Positions 28,780 to 38,238 are shown, numbered from the stretch's first letter. The stretch is 64,000 nt of DNA from an uncultured Solirubrobacterales bacterium (GCA_963716195.1 OY970293.1:792462-856461), one strand, 5' to 3'. The notes: a model not told the origin generated them from the letters alone. A program made the numbers and translations.

Positions 28780-30981
28780 ATGGCCGCGATCGCAAAGGTC
28801 GAGCCGCTGACGACAGCCCGCGCCCTGCGCGGGCCGTTCGACTACCGCATCCCCGTCAGCATGCAGGGCGTCGACGTCGGCACGATGCTCCTGGTTCCGT
28901 TCGGTCGCCGGCGCGTCCTGGGGGTGGTGGTGGACGTCGCCTCCGAGAGCGCCGTCCCGCCCGAGCGGCTGGTCGAGCCGATCACGGCGCTCGAGTCCGG
29001 CGCCCCGGCTGACTTGGTGCGCCTCGGGCTCTGGCTCGCAGAAGACTTCTGCTCGACGCCGGCGCGCGGGCTCGCGCTGGTGCTTCCACCCGGGACCGGC
29101 ACCGGCGCCCGTCCCGCCGCGCGCACGCGCAGGCGCATGGTGGCCGAGCTCACGGATGCAGGTCGGAAGGCGCTCGCGCCGGGCGCACCGGTACGCCTGA
29201 GCAAGGGCCAGCGATGCGCCCTGGAGTCGCTGCGCGACGGTGCACTGGCGGCGACGGCCGTCGCGTCACAGACGGGATCGGGGCACGGCGCGCTACGGCG
29301 ACTGTCGCAACGCGGCCTCGTGACGCTCGACCAGCGTGCGGTGCGGCGGCGCGTCGACGACGTCGCTCTTGGCACAGATCACGTGCGACCCGCGCGCACC
29401 GGCGCGCTTGCGCTCAACCCGGCGCAGGCGGCGGCGTTGAGCGACCTGCTGACGCCGCTTCGCGAGCGCCGCCATGAGCAAGTGCTTCTGCACGGCGTCA
29501 CGGGCAGCGGCAAGACCGAGGTCTACCTCCAGGCCGCCGCGGCGGCGCTCGAGGCCGGCCGCAGCGCGATCGTGCTCGTGCCGGAGATCGCGCTCACCCC
29601 ACAAGCCGCGCGCCGCTTTCGCGAGCGCTTCGGCGACAGTGTCGCCGTTCTTCACTCCCAGCTCGGGCTCGGCGAGCGCTACGACGAGTGGCAGCGGCTC
29701 CGCCGCGGCGAGGCGCGCGTGTGCGTGGGGCCGCGGTCGGCTGTGTTCGCACCGTTGCGCGACCTCGGCCTGCTGGTCGTGGACGAGGAGCACGACAGCG
29801 CCTACAAGCAGGAAGGCGATCCGCGCTACGACGCGCGCCGCGTCGCCGCGCGAAGGGCCGAGCAGGCGGGCGCCGTGCTCGTTCTCGGCAGCGCGACACC
29901 GCGACCCGAGAGCTGGCTGCGCACGCGCAGGCTGGAGCTGCCCGAGCGGGCCGACGGCATGCGGCTGCCGCCCGTCGAGCTCGTGGACATGCGCGACGCG
30001 CGCCACGTCCTGCACCGCACCACGCGCGCTGCTCTCGACGAGCTTCGCCGCGACGGCGGCAAGGGGATCATCCTCGTGAACCGGCGCGGCTGGTCGCCAT
30101 TCCTGGTCTGCCGCTCGTGCGGGGAGACGTGGACGTGCCCGCACTGCGACGTCACGCTCACGATGCATCGCGAGCCACGCGGCCAGGTCTTGCGCTGCCA
30201 CCACTGCGGCCATGCGTGCGCGGTGCCGTCCACCTGCCCGACCTGCAGCTCGACGCACATCGCTCGCCACGGCGCCGGCACGCAGCGGCTCGAGTCTGAG
30301 CTGCGAGAGGTGCTTGACCCTCTCCCGGTGTTCCGCCTCGACAGCGACGCCGCCCGGAAAAAGCACGGGCTCGCCGAGGTGCTGCGTAGCTTCGAGCGCG
30401 CAAAGGCAGGGATCCTCGTCGGCACCCAGATGGTGGCCCAGGGCCACGACTTTCCCGAGGTCTCTCTCGCCGTCGTGCAGGACGCCGACGCAGGTTTTCG
30501 CTTTCCCGACTTCAGGTCGGAGGAGCGGACGTTCGCGCTGGTGGCGCAGCTAGCGGGTCGCAGCGGACGCGGGACCGCGGGTGGACGTGTGCTCGTGCAG
30601 ACGTTGTGGCCCGATGCTTCGTGCCTGCGGTATGCCGCGGCCCACGACGCGCCCGGCTTCCTCGCGGGCGAGCTCGAGCGCCGGCGGGCCCTGCGCTACC
30701 CGCCGTTCGTGGACCTGGTGCGCGTGGTCGCCTCCGCATCCGATCAGGCGCGTGCCGACGCCGCCATCGCAACGGTTCGGCGCGGGCTCGACGGGGCCGT
30801 GCTCGAGGTCCTCGGTCCGGCACCGCTGTTCCGGCTCAAGGATCGCTCGCGCGCGATGCTGCTCGTGAAGACGACCGACCGCACGGCGGCGGTGGCGGCA
30901 GTGGGGAAGGCCGTGCAGGATGCGGTTTCAGATCGTGCGCTGCGGGATGTGGCCTTGTCGGTGGATGTTGATCCGCAGTAG
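28780..30981 (+). CDS. priA: primosomal replication restart helicase PriA
   Basis: ATG 28780 (MAAIAKVEPL). Walker A GVTGSGKTEVY, DEEHD box, and a Cys-rich zinc region CRSCGETWTCPHC...CHHCGH...CPTCSS. Confidence 0.93.
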   Translation: MAAIAKVEPLTTARALRGPFDYRIPVSMQGVDVGTMLLVPFGRRRVLGVVVDVASESAVPPERLVEPITALESGAPADLVRLGLWLAEDFCSTPARGLALVLPPGTGTGARPAARTRRRMVAELTDAGRKALAPGAPVRLSKGQRCALESLRDGALAATAVASQTGSGHGALRRLSQRGLVTLDQRAVRRRVDDVALGTDHVRPARTGALALNPAQAAALSDLLTPLRERRHEQVLLHGVTGSGKTEVYLQAAAAALEAGRSAIVLVPEIALTPQAARRFRERFGDSVAVLHSQLGLGERYDEWQRLRRGEARVCVGPRSAVFAPLRDLGLLVVDEEHDSAYKQEGDPRYDARRVAARRAEQAGAVLVLGSATPRPESWLRTRRLELPERADGMRLPPVELVDMRDARHVLHRTTRAALDELRRDGGKGIILVNRRGWSPFLVCRSCGETWTCPHCDVTLTMHREPRGQVLRCHHCGHACAVPSTCPTCSSTHIARHGAGTQRLESELREVLDPLPVFRLDSDAARKKHGLAEVLRSFERAKAGILVGTQMVAQGHDFPEVSLAVVQDADAGFRFPDFRSEERTFALVAQLAGRSGRGTAGGRVLVQTLWPDASCLRYAAAHDAPGFLAGELERRRALRYPPFVDLVRVVASASDQARADAAIATVRRGLDGAVLEVLGPAPLFRLKDRSRAMLLVKTTDRTAAVAAVGKAVQDAVSDRALRDVALSVDVDPQ

Positions 30982-31159
30982 GCGAACCTGCCTTGGCGCG
31001 ACCGCCCGGTCAATCCTTCCGACCCCTTGAGCGCTTGTGGGGACGGGCACCGAAAGAGGGTGTGACGGGAGGCTTGCGGAAGATCGCGGCTCGTGTACGT
31101 GAGTTGCGCAAAATGGCCGATTCGTGAGGGGCCACCCATCGGCTGAACAGTTGAGGGCC

Positions 31160-32394
31160 GGCGGCTTCAGACAGTCAACGCAACAGCTCTTCCATCTTCT
31201 CAGCCGGGTTCTTCCAATCCAATGTCTGTCTGGGGCGGCCATTGAGCGAAGCCGCGATCTCGTCTAGCCGGCGCTGAGAAATCTTCGAGAAGTCACTCGT
31301 CTTGGGCAGGTATTGGCGCAGCAGGTAGTTGGTGTTCTCGTTCGACCCCCGCTGCCAGGGGGAATGGGGATCACAGAAATAGACAGCGACCCCGGTCTCT
31401 GCGCTGAAGCGCTTGTGGGCGGTGAGCTCCTTGCCCTGGTCCCAGGTGAGCGAGAGCACGAGGTGGTCGGGCAGCGATCCGATGCGCTTTTTGAGGGCCG
31501 CGATCACGTGCTCGGTGGTGCGGTCGCTGCCAAGGCGCGCCAGCAGCACGTAGCGGGTGTGGCGCTCGACCAGCGTCGCCACGTAGGAGCGCCCGCCCTT
31601 GCCGACCAACAGGTCTCCCTCCCAGTGGCCTGGCACGGCCCGGTCCTCGACCTCCGGCGGGCGTTTTGAGATCGGCACCATGTCTGGGATCTGGCCCCGC
31701 CGCTTGGCGGCGCCTGAGCGCTGCTTTCGCCTCGTGCGCTGGGTTCTCAGGTTGTTGGTGAGCTGGCGCCGCAGCTCGCCGCGCGACTGCACGTAGAGCG
31801 ACTGGTAGATCGTCTCGTGGCTGATCTGCATGTCGGGATCGTGGGGGTGCTCGGCCTTCAGTGTGGCCGAGATCTGCTGGGGCGACCACAACTCGCCGAG
31901 GCCGGTCTCGACCGCCTCGCGCAGGCGCGGCAGGCGCGAGAGCTTGGTCGGCTTTGGCCGCCGCAGGCGCTCCTGGGCATTGCGCTCGGCGCTCAGCGCG
32001 CGGTAGGTGTGGTGGCCGCCGGAGCGCCTGATCTCGCGGTTGACGGTCGAGGGCGGGCGGCCGAGCTGACGGGCGATCGCGCGCTCGCTGATGCCGGCGG
32101 CAAGGCCGCGGCTGATCTGCTCGCGCTCGGCAAACGAGAGCCGGTAGTCGGAGTGCTCGACCCGGCGCCCGCGCAGCCGCGCCTCCTGGCGGATGCGCCA
32201 GATCGTGAGCTGCGAGCAGCCGAACGCCTCAGCGACCTCGGTCCAGTGCTCGCCCTGCTTGATGCGTCTTGCCACCTCTGCACGCTCGAGCAGGTCCAAA
32301 GGATTTCCACGTCGGCCTAACAGCGTTTGTGCCATGGGGCCTCCTGTCTGTCATCGCAAACCGGTCAGTGTTGCGATGACCGATGGAGACCGCC
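31160..32394 (-). mobile_element. IS30-family insertion sequence (1235 bp) with 26-bp imperfect IRs and a 3-bp GCC target duplication
   Basis: IR at 31160-31185 is GGCGGCTTCAGACAGTCAACGCAACA. The reverse complement of 32369-32394 is GGCGGTCTCCATCGGTCATCGCAACA (19/26 identical by hand alignment). GCC lies at 31157-31159 and again at 32395-32397. Confidence 0.8.
31175..32335 (-). CDS. IS30-family DDE transposase
   Basis: 386 aa with N-terminal HTH regions and a catalytic core HWEGDL ... DQGKE ... PWQRGSNENTN typical of IS30 transposases. The stop codon lies inside the IR. RBS is AGGAGG. Confidence 0.93.
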   Translation of the reverse strand: MAQTLLGRRGNPLDLLERAEVARRIKQGEHWTEVAEAFGCSQLTIWRIRQEARLRGRRVEHSDYRLSFAEREQISRGLAAGISERAIARQLGRPPSTVNREIRRSGGHHTYRALSAERNAQERLRRPKPTKLSRLPRLREAVETGLGELWSPQQISATLKAEHPHDPDMQISHETIYQSLYVQSRGELRRQLTNNLRTQRTRRKQRSGAAKRRGQIPDMVPISKRPPEVEDRAVPGHWEGDLLVGKGGRSYVATLVERHTRYVLLARLGSDRTTEHVIAALKKRIGSLPDHLVLSLTWDQGKELTAHKRFSAETGVAVYFCDPHSPWQRGSNENTNYLLRQYLPKTSDFSKISQRRLDEIAASLNGRPRQTLDWKNPAEKMEELLR

Positions 32395-32627
32395 GCCCTA
32401 TAGGGCACCTAACTGTTCACTCGATGATTCGCGGTGTTACGGAAAGGTCGTACAGCTCGCCAAGCGTGCACACCGGCACAGCCTCGTCGCTGTTTCGTGC
32501 ACCCGGTTACTGTGCCGCAACGAGCTACCCCCTCGATGCCCTTCCTTAAAAGAGGCTTCGGAGAACACGCCTCCTGGCAGAACCGACCCCCCCCGAGCCG
32601 GCGAGACCCGTTGCTATCCTCGCCCGC

Positions 32628-33260
32628 GTGGCGGAAGAGACCCATGAGAACGGCTTCGGCGAGCCTGCCGAGGACGAGCACGAGAGCCATCTGGATGCCG
32701 AGCGCGAGGCGCGACGGAGCGCCGCGCTTGCGCAGATCAGGACGTTCGGCGACCCGGCGCTGCGCACGCGCGCCGCGGAAGTGGATCGTTTCGACGACGC
32801 GCTGCTCGACGAGGTCGAGCGTATGACCGAGCTGATGTATGAGGCGCTCGGCGTCGGGCTCGCGGCTACCCAGCTCGGCGTGATGCACCGCCTGCTCGTC
32901 TATCGAGCCGGTCCGGATGCGCCGCTCGTCGCCGTCGTCAACCCGGCGATCGAATGGAAGTCGGAAGAGCTCGAGACCGCGGAGGAGGCCTGCCTCAGCC
33001 TGCCGGGCGTGGCGATGGACGTCGAGCGTCCGCTCCACATACGCGTACGCGCGAAGGACGAGCATGGGGAGCCGATTACGATCGAGGCGTCGGGCCTGGA
33101 GTCGCGCGTGATCCAGCACGAGATGGACCACCTGGACGGCGTCCTGATCCTCGATCGCACCTCGCGGGCGCACCGCAAGGAGGCGCTTCGCGCGCTGCGC
33201 GAGGGCGGCACGTGGTCACCGCCGACCGCGGACGAGGAGCTCGAGCCCTCGACCGCCTGA
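32628..33260 (+). CDS. def: peptide deformylase (with acidic N-terminal extension)
   Basis: All three motifs are present: GLAATQLG, EACLSLPG and HEMDHLDG. Confidence 0.93.
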   Translation: MAEETHENGFGEPAEDEHESHLDAEREARRSAALAQIRTFGDPALRTRAAEVDRFDDALLDEVERMTELMYEALGVGLAATQLGVMHRLLVYRAGPDAPLVAVVNPAIEWKSEELETAEEACLSLPGVAMDVERPLHIRVRAKDEHGEPITIEASGLESRVIQHEMDHLDGVLILDRTSRAHRKEALRALREGGTWSPPTADEELEPSTA

Positions 33261-33280
33261 CGGCAGGTGCCGTCTCGCCC

Positions 33281-34195
33281 ATGCGCACCGTCTTCATGGG
33301 GACTTCCGACTTCGCGGTGGACGTGCTGCGAGCGCTAGCTGCCTCGCCGCACAAGCCCGAGCTGGTCATCACCCCTCCAGACCGGCCGAAGGGAAGGGGT
33401 CGCAAGCTCAGCGCACCGCCGGCCGCCGGCGCCGCGCGCGAGCTCGGCATCGAGTTGCTTCAGGCCAAGAGCGTGAACGAGGAGGAGCCGCGCGCAGCGA
33501 TCGCCGCCACCAAGCCGGAAGCGATCTGCGTTTGCCAGTTCGGGCAGCTGATCAAGGAACCGTTGCTGTCCGACTACCTGATCCTGAACGTGCACACCTC
33601 GGTGCTGCCGCGCTGGCGTGGAGCTGCACCCATCGAAAGAGCGTTGATGGCCGGTGACGCAGAGAGCGGCGTTACGATCTTCCAGATCGAGGCCGGCCTC
33701 GACTCGGGTCCGGTGGCGCTCTCAGCGCCGGAGCAGATCCAGCCCGACGACACGGCTGGCACGCTGGCCGCGAGACTGGCCAAGCTGGGCGGCACGCTGT
33801 TGATCGAGGCCCTCGATCGCGGCGACGCCGGGTCGCTCGAGTTCACCGAGCAGCCCGAGGAAGGCATCACCTACGCGGACAAGATCGAACCGTCGGAAAG
33901 ACGGCTCGCCGTGACGCGCCCGGCCCCTGAGGTCGAGCGCGTGATACGGGCACTGACGCCGCACATCGGCGCCTACATCGCGTTCGAGGACGGCGAGCGC
34001 CTGGGGGTGACGTCAGCGAGCGTCGCGGACGAGTCGCTCGATCAGGGGAGCGTGCAAGCCTCGGACGGGCGCGTGCTCGTCGGATGTGCGGATGGCGCAC
34101 TCGAATTGATCGAGGTGCAGCCGCCGGGCAAGCGGCCGATGCCGGTTGCGGCATACCTGCGCGGACACACCTTGCCCGCGCGTGTCGAGCTCTAG
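33281..34195 (+). CDS. fmt: methionyl-tRNA formyltransferase
   Basis: ATG 33281 gives MRTVFMGTSDFAV. HTSVLPRWRGAAPIERA motif. The track ORF 32954.. is over-extended. Confidence 0.93.
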   Translation: MRTVFMGTSDFAVDVLRALAASPHKPELVITPPDRPKGRGRKLSAPPAAGAARELGIELLQAKSVNEEEPRAAIAATKPEAICVCQFGQLIKEPLLSDYLILNVHTSVLPRWRGAAPIERALMAGDAESGVTIFQIEAGLDSGPVALSAPEQIQPDDTAGTLAARLAKLGGTLLIEALDRGDAGSLEFTEQPEEGITYADKIEPSERRLAVTRPAPEVERVIRALTPHIGAYIAFEDGERLGVTSASVADESLDQGSVQASDGRVLVGCADGALELIEVQPPGKRPMPVAAYLRGHTLPARVEL

Positions 34196-35525
34196 CGCAA
34201 CCGCCGCGAGAGAGTGCGCGTTCGCGGTCGTGCGCCGCGTGTTCGAGCGCGGCGCCTACGCGGACGTCGCCTTGCGGGCCGAGGCGCAGAAACGGAACCT
34301 CGACGCACGCGAGCGCGCATTTGCGATGCGGCTGGCCTACGGAGCGATCCAGCGCCGCGCCACCCTGGACTACGTGATCGAGCAGTTAACCGGCCGAGCC
34401 ATCGACAAGCTGGACCAGCCGGTGGTGGCCGCGCTGCGCCTCGGCATCTATCAGGTCGTCTATCTCGAGGGGGTGGCCGACCACGCGGCCGTCGACGAGA
34501 GCGTGGAGCTGGTCAAGGGAGCGCGGAGCCGCGGTCACGGCCTCGTCAACGCCGCGCTGCGACGGGCCACCCGCGAGGCACTCCCGCTGGTGCAGGGCCT
34601 GGGCGAAGGGACGGCTGCCGAGGCCGCGCTCAAGCATTCACATCCCCTTTGGATCGCGGAGCTGTGGTGGCGCACGCTTGGCCCCGAGCAGGCGGTGGCG
34701 TTGATGTGGACCGACAACGAGCCGCCGGAGAGCGCGGTGCGCGCCAACACGTTGCGCATGAGCGCAAAGGATCTCGTGGCAGAACTCGCCGCAGACGGGG
34801 TGAAGGCCCGCAGCGACGAGCTCGTTCCCGAGGCGGTCGTCCTCGCAGAGCCCTACGACGTGCACGGCTCGCCACCGTTCGAACGAGGCGACCTGATGCC
34901 GCAGGCCCGCGCCTCCATGCTGGCCGCGCACGCTCTGGACCCGCGCCCCGGCGAGTCGGTGCTCGATCTGTGCGCGGCGCCGGGCGCGAAGACCACCCAC
35001 CTCGCGGCCCTGATGAAGGACGAGGGCAAGGTGCTCGCGGTCGACATGGCGGAGCGCCGCGCGGAGGCGATCGCCGCCAACTGCACGCGGCTCGGCGTGA
35101 GCTGCGTGGAAACCCGTGTCGCGGACGCGCGCCGCGCGGGCGATCTCGGCGTCTTCGACCGCGTGCTGGTGGATCCGCCCTGCTCGGACCTCGGCACACT
35201 GCAGTCACGCCCCGACGTGCGCTGGCGCAAGCAGCCCGGCGACGTTCAGTCGCTGCGTGCCCTGCAGGCGGAGATCCTGCAGGCAGCGGCCGCGGCGGTG
35301 CGGCCGGGCGGTCGGCTCGTGTACTCGACCTGCACGATCAGCGAGATCGAGAACGAGGACCAGGTGCGGGACTTCCTCGCTCAGCAGCCAGATTTTTCTC
35401 ATATCGACCTATCCGGGCCCTATCCTGAAAAGCTACTGACGGGAGGCCGCGGTGCTATCCGCACGCTCCCACACCGTGATCGCACCGACGGGTTTTTCAT
35501 CGCCGCATTTCAAAGGACGTCGTAG
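34182..35525 (+). CDS. rsmB: 16S rRNA (cytosine967-C5)-methyltransferase
   Basis: NusB-like N-terminal domain, SAM site DLCAAPGAKTTH, catalytic DPPCSDLG and TCT. GTG 34182 is preferred over the track start 34146. Confidence 0.88.
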   Translation: MSSSSATAARECAFAVVRRVFERGAYADVALRAEAQKRNLDARERAFAMRLAYGAIQRRATLDYVIEQLTGRAIDKLDQPVVAALRLGIYQVVYLEGVADHAAVDESVELVKGARSRGHGLVNAALRRATREALPLVQGLGEGTAAEAALKHSHPLWIAELWWRTLGPEQAVALMWTDNEPPESAVRANTLRMSAKDLVAELAADGVKARSDELVPEAVVLAEPYDVHGSPPFERGDLMPQARASMLAAHALDPRPGESVLDLCAAPGAKTTHLAALMKDEGKVLAVDMAERRAEAIAANCTRLGVSCVETRVADARRAGDLGVFDRVLVDPPCSDLGTLQSRPDVRWRKQPGDVQSLRALQAEILQAAAAAVRPGGRLVYSTCTISEIENEDQVRDFLAQQPDFSHIDLSGPYPEKLLTGGRGAIRTLPHRDRTDGFFIAAFQRTS

Positions 35526-35528
35526 CTC

Positions 35529-35783
35529 GTGACCGATCAACACCGGAGTTCGAGCGAGACCGAGGAATCGATCGACCTGGGGCCGGAGTGCCCCGGCTGT
35601 GGCGAGCCGTGGCTGCGCGAGTCCCAGCTTCCGGGCAGCTATCGCTGCGTCTACTGCTTCCAGCGCTTTCAGCTCTCCTCGCACTGCCCGCACTGCGGTG
35701 AGCACTCGACCATCGTGCGCATGCGCGACACCGCGCAGCTCCACTGCGTCATGTGCGGCGGCTCTATGCTGAAGCCGGTGTGA
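35529..35783 (+). CDS. small double zinc-ribbon protein (84 aa), function unknown
   Basis: Four CxxC pairs: CPGC, CVYC, CPHC, CVMC. Located between rsmB and rpe. GTG start 3 nt after the rsmB stop. Confidence 0.5.
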   Translation: MTDQHRSSSETEESIDLGPECPGCGEPWLRESQLPGSYRCVYCFQRFQLSSHCPHCGEHSTIVRMRDTAQLHCVMCGGSMLKPV

Positions 35784-35836
35784 GCACGATCGCGAACCGG
35801 AGAGGCGGGCGTCCGGCGGGGCGCGCCGGCGAGATC

Positions 35837-36499
35837 ATGCGCTCTTTGCAGGTGGAGCCCTCGATCTTGTCCGCCGACTACGCGCGCTTGGGAGAGGAAA
35901 TCGAGCGGGTGCTCGACGCCGGCGCGCGCGCGATCCACGTCGACGTCATGGACGGCCACTTCGTCCCTCCGATAACGATCGGTCCGGTGATCGTCGAAGC
36001 GATTCGCGACCAGGTACACGACGCCGGCGCGATCATCGACTGCCACCTGATGGTGGAGCACCCGGAGCGCCAGACGGACCAATTCGTGGAGGCGGGAGCC
36101 GACTCGATCACGATCCAGCTAGAGGCCACTCCGAACATCCACTTCGCGCTCGGCAAGATTCGCGACGCGGGCTGCCAGGCCGGTCTCGCCATCAACCCGG
36201 GCACGCCCGTGTCGGCCGTGGAGGACCTGCGCGAGGGTGCCGACTTCGTTCTCTGCATGACGGTGAACCCGGGCTGGGGAGGACAGGCCTTCATCGAGGG
36301 ATCGATGGAGAAGGTGCGGCGCCTGCGCGAGCTGCTCGGTCCCGACCTGCCGATCCAGGTCGACGGCGGTATCTCCGCGCAGACGGCGGCGGCCGTCACC
36401 GATGCCGGCGCGACGCTTCTGGTGGCCGGATCGGCGATCTTTCACGCCCAGGATCCGGCCGAGGCATATCGGGACATCGTCAGAGCCGCCGGCGCTTGA
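35837..36499 (+). CDS. rpe: ribulose-phosphate 3-epimerase
   Basis: ATG 35837 gives MRSLQVEPSILSAD. HVDVMDGHFVP motif. Confidence 0.93.
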   Translation: MRSLQVEPSILSADYARLGEEIERVLDAGARAIHVDVMDGHFVPPITIGPVIVEAIRDQVHDAGAIIDCHLMVEHPERQTDQFVEAGADSITIQLEATPNIHFALGKIRDAGCQAGLAINPGTPVSAVEDLREGADFVLCMTVNPGWGGQAFIEGSMEKVRRLRELLGPDLPIQVDGGISAQTAAAVTDAGATLLVAGSAIFHAQDPAEAYRDIVRAAGA

Positions 36500-37536
36500 C
36501 GCGCGAAGAGCTCGCCGCACTGTTTCGGATTCAGTCGCGCTACTGCAGATTGCTCGGCTCGCCGATGTACGAGCTCCTGCTCGCGCGTGCGGCGGACGAC
36601 CTGCTCGCGGATGGTCCGACGCTGCACGTGTTGCGAGGTCACGAGAACGATCCGCCGCGGTCCTTCCTGCACCTGCGGCTGATGGGCTCCGTGCACCGTC
36701 TGGTCCTCGCTGGTGAGGCGCCCGAGCTGGCGGCGCTCTACCCGTCTGCCGGAGGGACTGCAGAGCTGGACGAGGTATGGCCGGTCTTCCGGGCGACGCT
36801 GGAGAGCCTCGACGAATCGATACGTGCGGGCATCGACGCTCCGGTCCAGACGAACGAGGTTGGGCGCTGCGCCGGCCTGCTCGGCGGCTTTCTCACCGTC
36901 GGGCGGCGAACCGGCCTTCCGCTGCGCGTCCTCGAGGTCGGCGCCAGCGCAGGTCTTCTCATGCATTTCGATCGCTACCGCTACGAGTCCGGTGCCAAGA
37001 GCTGGGGAGACCCGCGCTCGCCCGTGCGATTTCACGACTTCATCGACGGCGACTCGTTCCCGTGGGGGGTGGAGGTCAGCGTCGCGGAGGCCCGCGGCTG
37101 CGACGCCAACCCACTCGACCCAAGCGATCCAGCCACGGCGCTCCTGCTCCGTGGCTTCGTCTGGCCGGACCAGACCGAGCGCTTCGAGCTCCTCAGCGCG
37201 GCTCTCGACTTCGCTGCCGCGAACCCGATTGGGGTGGAGAAGCAGGACGCAGGCGAGTGGGTGGAGGAAGCACTGGCGTCTCCGCGCTCCGGCGTGGCGA
37301 CCGTCCTCTACCACTCGGTCGTGCTGCACTACCTCAGCGACACGAGCCGCTCGCGCATGCTGGCGGCGATCGAGCGGGCGGGCGCCGGCGCGAGCGAGGC
37401 CGCGCCATTCGCATGGCTGCGGCTGGAGCTGGGCGGCGACATGGCGGCCGTCGAGCTGACGACCTGGCCCGGCGGCGAAGAGCGCCTGATCGCCCGCGCC
37501 GGCTATCAGGGCCAACCGGTCAGGTGGCTGAGTTGA
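36496..37536 (+). CDS. DUF2332-like protein
   Basis: 346 aa. The N-terminus FRIQSRYCRLLGSPMYELLL resembles DUF2332 as I remember it. TTGA overlap with rpe. Confidence 0.5.
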   Translation: MTREELAALFRIQSRYCRLLGSPMYELLLARAADDLLADGPTLHVLRGHENDPPRSFLHLRLMGSVHRLVLAGEAPELAALYPSAGGTAELDEVWPVFRATLESLDESIRAGIDAPVQTNEVGRCAGLLGGFLTVGRRTGLPLRVLEVGASAGLLMHFDRYRYESGAKSWGDPRSPVRFHDFIDGDSFPWGVEVSVAEARGCDANPLDPSDPATALLLRGFVWPDQTERFELLSAALDFAAANPIGVEKQDAGEWVEEALASPRSGVATVLYHSVVLHYLSDTSRSRMLAAIERAGAGASEAAPFAWLRLELGGDMAAVELTTWPGGEERLIARAGYQGQPVRWLS

Positions 37537-38213
37537 ACAGGCTGCCTCCCGGACAGCGCGCTCGGGCCTCGTTTCCTCGGTTTGGCGTACCGTTCGCGTT
37601 TCGCCCGCTCAGGAAGCCTGCGCCAAGCGCGATACAAATCCGGGGGGCGATTGCTCACGAGCTCGAGGTTGCGGTCGCCCGGCTGCGCGACATCCAGCGG
37701 GAAACCCTGGTCGCTGACTTCCACTGCGTGACAGGGTGGTCGACCGAGGGACTGCGCTGGGGCGGCGTTCAATTCCGCACGTTCTACACCGAGGTGATCG
37801 CGGCTGAAGCAGAGCCTCGGCTCGGGATCAGCCACGTCCTGTTCCGCGGCGCGGACGGCTACCGCTCTGTCCTCACCATCGAGGACGCGCTCGAAGAGGA
37901 TGTGCTTCTCGCCGACGAGCTCGACGATCGTCCGCTCTCAGATATTCACGGCGCGCCGGTCCGGCTGGTGAGCCCCACGCACTATGGCTACAAGAGCACC
38001 AAGCACCTGTGCGCGATCGAGCTCCACACCGCAGAGCCGAGGGATCGTTACGCGCACAGATCGCGCCGCGTGCTCGACATTGCTCTTGCGGCGCACCCGC
38101 GAGCTCGTGTCTGGGAAGAGGAGAGGCACCGCTATCTACCGGCCTGGGGCGTTCGGGCGTTGTACCGCGGCCTGATCGCGCCGACCGTGAGGTACTGGAA
38201 TCGAGGCAATTGA
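37533..38213 (+). CDS. molybdopterin-dependent oxidoreductase (sulfite-oxidase-fold Moco domain only)
   Basis: TTG 37533 gives LNRLPPGQ. FHCVTGWS Moco-cysteine motif. TTGA overlap with the upstream gene. No signal or Tat motif seen. Confidence 0.75.
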   Translation: MNRLPPGQRARASFPRFGVPFAFRPLRKPAPSAIQIRGAIAHELEVAVARLRDIQRETLVADFHCVTGWSTEGLRWGGVQFRTFYTEVIAAEAEPRLGISHVLFRGADGYRSVLTIEDALEEDVLLADELDDRPLSDIHGAPVRLVSPTHYGYKSTKHLCAIELHTAEPRDRYAHRSRRVLDIALAAHPRARVWEEERHRYLPAWGVRALYRGLIAPTVRYWNRGN

Positions 38214-38238
38214 GCCGCCCGCGGCCGGGGCGCCTCGC

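Larger units (their letters stand above)
31041..32545 (+). repeat. MITE-like repeat, family 1, copy B, split by the IS30-family element (arms 31041-31159 and 32395-32545)
   Basis: Left end is GGACGGGCACCGAAAGAGGGTG. The reverse complement of the right end is GGAAGGGCATCGAGGGGGTA. Both arms are colinear with copy E. Confidence 0.6.

Noticed and set aside
31145-32417. GAACAGTTGAGG / CCTAACTGTTC inverted repeats, first taken to be the IS30 termini
   Set aside because: The same inverted pair occurs contiguously, without any IS, at 8824-8859. It therefore belongs to the target repeat. The true IS ends are the GGCGG... IRs at 31160 and 32394, flanked by the GCC duplication.
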